NCBI RefSeq assembly: GCF_002571385.2
Contig: NW_019217968.1
Coordinates: forward strand, 160,292-224,291
Direction of reading: 5' to 3'
DNA from: Stylophora pistillata
Lineage: Eukaryota
Length of the DNA: 64,000 nt
Shown: positions 60,786-64,000 of the stretch, piece by piece
Layout of the letters: every line of letters begins with the position of its first letter
Numbering within the stretch: position 1 is the first letter of the stretch
The notes under the pieces: generated by a model
Told to the model about the DNA's origin: nothing
Databases searched by the model: none
What the model saw: only the letters and a program-made list of their open reading frames with translations
Program-made: the position numbers and the translations under genes

Positions 60786-61719
60786 AGCTATCGACTAGCG
60801 ACAAAACTTACTACCGGTACCTTCCTCGGTGAGAATGAAACTGACCATAGTTAGAACAGTCGTTAGGATAAGATTGTTTAATAGCCAAGCTAGCTCAACT
60901 AGCTCTGATCGAGTAAGTTCAGGTTCGCTCTTACCAGTGAAAAATGACGAGTTAGAAGCCATTCAGTATTATGTCTATCGTCAGTTTTAAAGAAACTGAT
61001 GTAAATTTCTACTCTCTCCCATCTTGCCTTACAAGAAATAAACTTGAAGCAGCAGGTTCGTTTTGTGTACATCAGTTTACGGAATAATATTTCCTCTATA
61101 TCAGTCGGCCTCGTTACGACTTACAGAATTTGACTTTTTACTTGATATCCATAGCTCAGTATGTCGGCGATAGTGTTGATCAGGTCTGAGCTTAAAGTTT
61201 GGTATCTTTACTTTTCAAGAAGAATGATTCGTTCGCATTTTGTATGATGCTTTCTACCTCAGGATTCTCGTTGTTTTGTATTTTGACTTGCCCTGCGGGC
61301 TCGACAAAATATGGCACAACTCGTAAAAATATTTATCGCTACTACACACTAAACCGTCTCATGTAATATGAATATATATGATATGCCCATAGTGTTTCTG
61401 CAGCGTACGTTTTTGAAACGTGAGGTGATGGGCGATTATAAGGGGGAACGCCAATTTCCATGTGAAGTAAATTAGCAGCGTAAAGTTGACGTCATTGTAT
61501 CACGCGCAATATTGAAGCTTCTTCAGTACTCTTATTTTTTTCCAATGTGCTATTCGCTGATGCAACAGATTATTCCCAAAAGTAAAATCTCCCTGAATTA
61601 CTTAAAAGATAAATTTTGGAAACCTCTAACCTACAATGACATTGGAAAAGGTTGATTTTTAAATACCTTGTCTCCCTATCAACAGCAATCTTACGCTTTC
61701 TTCACGATAACTGGGTCTC

Positions 61720-63687
61720 ATGGCTTTTGCTGTATGCATCAATTTTCAAGACAACGTTGCTCCTCCGACCGGTGATGAAGTGTACATCAAATACGTGGAA
61801 TTTAATGGCGTAGACGAAACGCAATACAGCAAGGGGAATACAAAACTCGATAAAACCCTTCTGTTTGAATACTTGCGGCGGAATGACTCATCTTTTCCCG
61901 AGAAGCTTCTAGGCGTCTCTTTCAATACAACTCTGAAGCAAAATAAGAAAAAAACCTTTTGCGAGGACGTCTTAAAGCGGGGAATATATTGTCATGGGAG
62001 AAAACGTGGACTGTATCGTTTCCTTGGGCATTCCGACAGTCATCTCTGGGAGAGAAAGTGCTACTTTATGAACGCGGCCTCAGACACTGAAATTCACGAT
62101 CTCCTAACACGGTTTGGCGACTTCACCAAGACAACAAATGTTCCAAAACGCGCCAGAGAAATTGGCTCGTTATTCGTTCCCTTTGACCACCTAATGGAGC
62201 TTGGTGAGGATGATACTGGAGAAGTGCCTAATGTGAAAGGTAGACTCTTTGACAAGACGCCACGCAGTTTCACTAACTGTCGTGGTTTCATGTCTCAGGG
62301 ATTCACCCTAAAGGTGCGACGCCAGCTTGGTTTGGAGTATCCTGCACCCAGCGCCCTTCAAGTGACCAACCAAGGTTTTCAGGGTATTTTGGTATTTAGA
62401 GAAACTCTAACAGACCTCCCTCTGGTCCAATTCCGCAAGTCCATGCGCTTGTTTTCCACTCCGAGCAAGAAGAACGGCGAAGTTATTCCTTATATTGGAA
62501 TTCTTGATCATTCCACTCCTGACGTGAACGGCTACCTTGATTCGCGATTGATCATGTTTCTGGCGACCAGAGGTGTGTCGATCCGCTATCTCAGGTCGCT
62601 TCAGCGGGGCTATTTGACTCTATTGAAGAGTATGTGCACGAATTCAGCATCTGGTAATTATTTCTGTCAATTAACTGGACGAAAGGCAACAGCTGAAAGA
62701 GAGGTTTTGGCCAGACTACAACGAGGTGAAGTAGAGAAGATGCTTCATCACGTTTGCGAGATCGCAAATAATGGCGAACCACAAAGACGTCTCGTGATAC
62801 GTACGAGAATTTTGGTGCCCAAAGCAAGAGTGGTGTTTGGGGTTTGTGACCCTTACGGGAAGCTAAAGAGTGGAGAGTGCTACTTCAAGCCAACCCTGCA
62901 AGGTGACGAAGAATTTGAAGAGGTAGTGGTTTGCCCTAACCCGTGCTACCATCCTGGAGACATACAAGTGTTGAAGCAAAGCCAAGAGAAGGTCGACTAT
63001 GAAGATCTCAAGGATTGTCTGGTACTACCCGTAAACCACCGCCATGCGTTTGAAACTTCTGGTGCAAGTAAGTTTTTTGTTAGCTGGGATCAAGACCTGA
63101 TCCCAAAGAAGAAAAGAGATAAGCCCTGTCACTATCAGTCAAAACAGTCCGAAGACATGGCGACCGCTCTTAAAGGTTGGTTTCAAAGAATATTTAATTT
63201 CCTCAGGAAAAAGCAGAATTATCGAGACGAAATGATTCACTACTTTGCTTATTTTGAGGATGACCTTCCGCGAAGAATTGGCGATGTTTACAGGAAGTTT
63301 GCAGAGACGTATGGCCCATATTCTAAAGAATGCACTAAGCTAAGCAAGATGAGTCATCAAGCTGGAAACTTGTTGGCAAATAGAGATGATTTGTTAAAAA
63401 AGTTGGAAAGATTAGAAACCTTGGTGCAACCAAGACCAACTACCTCCGTGACTTATCACTCAGCAGAGCGATCACCTCTTTTAGGAACAGAAGGAGGAGG
63501 AGAGGAAGAAGACGTCGATGATGTGCAAGAAATGTCCTCCGTTTCAATCACCACCCGAATTCGTCGTTCCTGGCCAGGTCACGGAGAGAGGCCGGCTTCG
63601 CCCCAGGTTTGGAAAGAATTTGACGTGGAATCGGAAAAGTTCATTGAAGAATTTTCCAGTCTCAGTGTTGTGAGTGATTTTTCATAA
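61720..63687 (+). CDS. RdRP paralogue I, predicted inactive (catalytic loop shortened: HAFETSGASKFFVSWD)
   Basis: 655-aa ORF with YRFLGHSDSHL, FTNCRGFMS, QGFQGIL, GYLDSR, ARVVFGVCDP, PNPCYHPGDIQ; no DxDGD. Acceptor ccctatcaacag lies upstream of the ATG. Confidence 0.88.
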   Translation: MAFAVCINFQDNVAPPTGDEVYIKYVEFNGVDETQYSKGNTKLDKTLLFEYLRRNDSSFPEKLLGVSFNTTLKQNKKKTFCEDVLKRGIYCHGRKRGLYRFLGHSDSHLWERKCYFMNAASDTEIHDLLTRFGDFTKTTNVPKRAREIGSLFVPFDHLMELGEDDTGEVPNVKGRLFDKTPRSFTNCRGFMSQGFTLKVRRQLGLEYPAPSALQVTNQGFQGILVFRETLTDLPLVQFRKSMRLFSTPSKKNGEVIPYIGILDHSTPDVNGYLDSRLIMFLATRGVSIRYLRSLQRGYLTLLKSMCTNSASGNYFCQLTGRKATAEREVLARLQRGEVEKMLHHVCEIANNGEPQRRLVIRTRILVPKARVVFGVCDPYGKLKSGECYFKPTLQGDEEFEEVVVCPNPCYHPGDIQVLKQSQEKVDYEDLKDCLVLPVNHRHAFETSGASKFFVSWDQDLIPKKKRDKPCHYQSKQSEDMATALKGWFQRIFNFLRKKQNYRDEMIHYFAYFEDDLPRRIGDVYRKFAETYGPYSKECTKLSKMSHQAGNLLANRDDLLKKLERLETLVQPRPTTSVTYHSAERSPLLGTEGGGEEEDVDDVQEMSSVSITTRIRRSWPGHGERPASPQVWKEFDVESEKFIEEFSSLSVVSDFS

Positions 63688-64000
63688 TGAAACTCTACAT
63701 CCATTTTGATTTGGATTGTTGCACAGACTGCTTTAGAATTGAGTGAGTTTTCTCCTCTTGAATATGAGACAATTAGCTGAAAAAGACAATTCGGCTATAC
63801 AGAACCTCTTTTCAGAAGCTCACGTAAAGAAAAATCTTTAAATGTGTTTCAAGTCTGATGAAAGAGTCATTCCTGTTAAAGAGAACTGACGATAAATCTG
63901 CACTCAAACTTTGACTTTGAGAATTTTGCAAACGAGAAACTTGTAGCTGACTTGTATAGATACAGTTTAACAATTCTTTGAAATTGCATTGTGATGAATG

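Noticed and set aside
8126-63687. Endogenous RNA-virus polymerases
   Set aside because: The motifs are those of cellular double-psi-barrel RdRPs (DxDGD), not viral palm GDD enzymes. The genes have spliceosomal introns, and the GDD in exon 2 is an unrelated terminal helix.

Overview
Eukaryotic genomic DNA with GT-AG introns, SINEs and N gaps. The repeat families suggest a cnidarian, probably a stony coral (inference). The window is dominated by a tandem array of nine compact (about 620-690 aa) paralogues of cellular RNAi-type RNA-dependent RNA polymerases (QDE-1/RDR family), labelled A-I here. Only A and B keep the catalytic DLDGD motif, and both have a C-terminal phase-2 intron. Six others (C, D, E, F, H, I) are long open ORFs with no coding intron, in which the catalytic aspartates are replaced (DLSGK, NVGGN) or the loop is deleted. 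G is a frameshifted pseudogene split by a Penelope-like insertion. Regions upstream of the dead copies carry clustered NF-kB-like and IRF/ISRE-like motifs, and two of these regions form duplicated head-to-head cassettes. The best candidate for an undescribed system is an immune-inducible array of active RdRPs plus pseudo-RdRPs. Also present: a degraded ISL2EU-type DNA transposon (THAP/DDE transposase plus a convergent SWIM-YqaJ-PHD-PHD-Ulp1 gene), Penelope-type minimal hammerhead ribozyme repeats, tRNA-derived SINEs, hairpin MITEs and an uncharacterised coiled-coil gene. All comparisons were made by eye; no searches were run.
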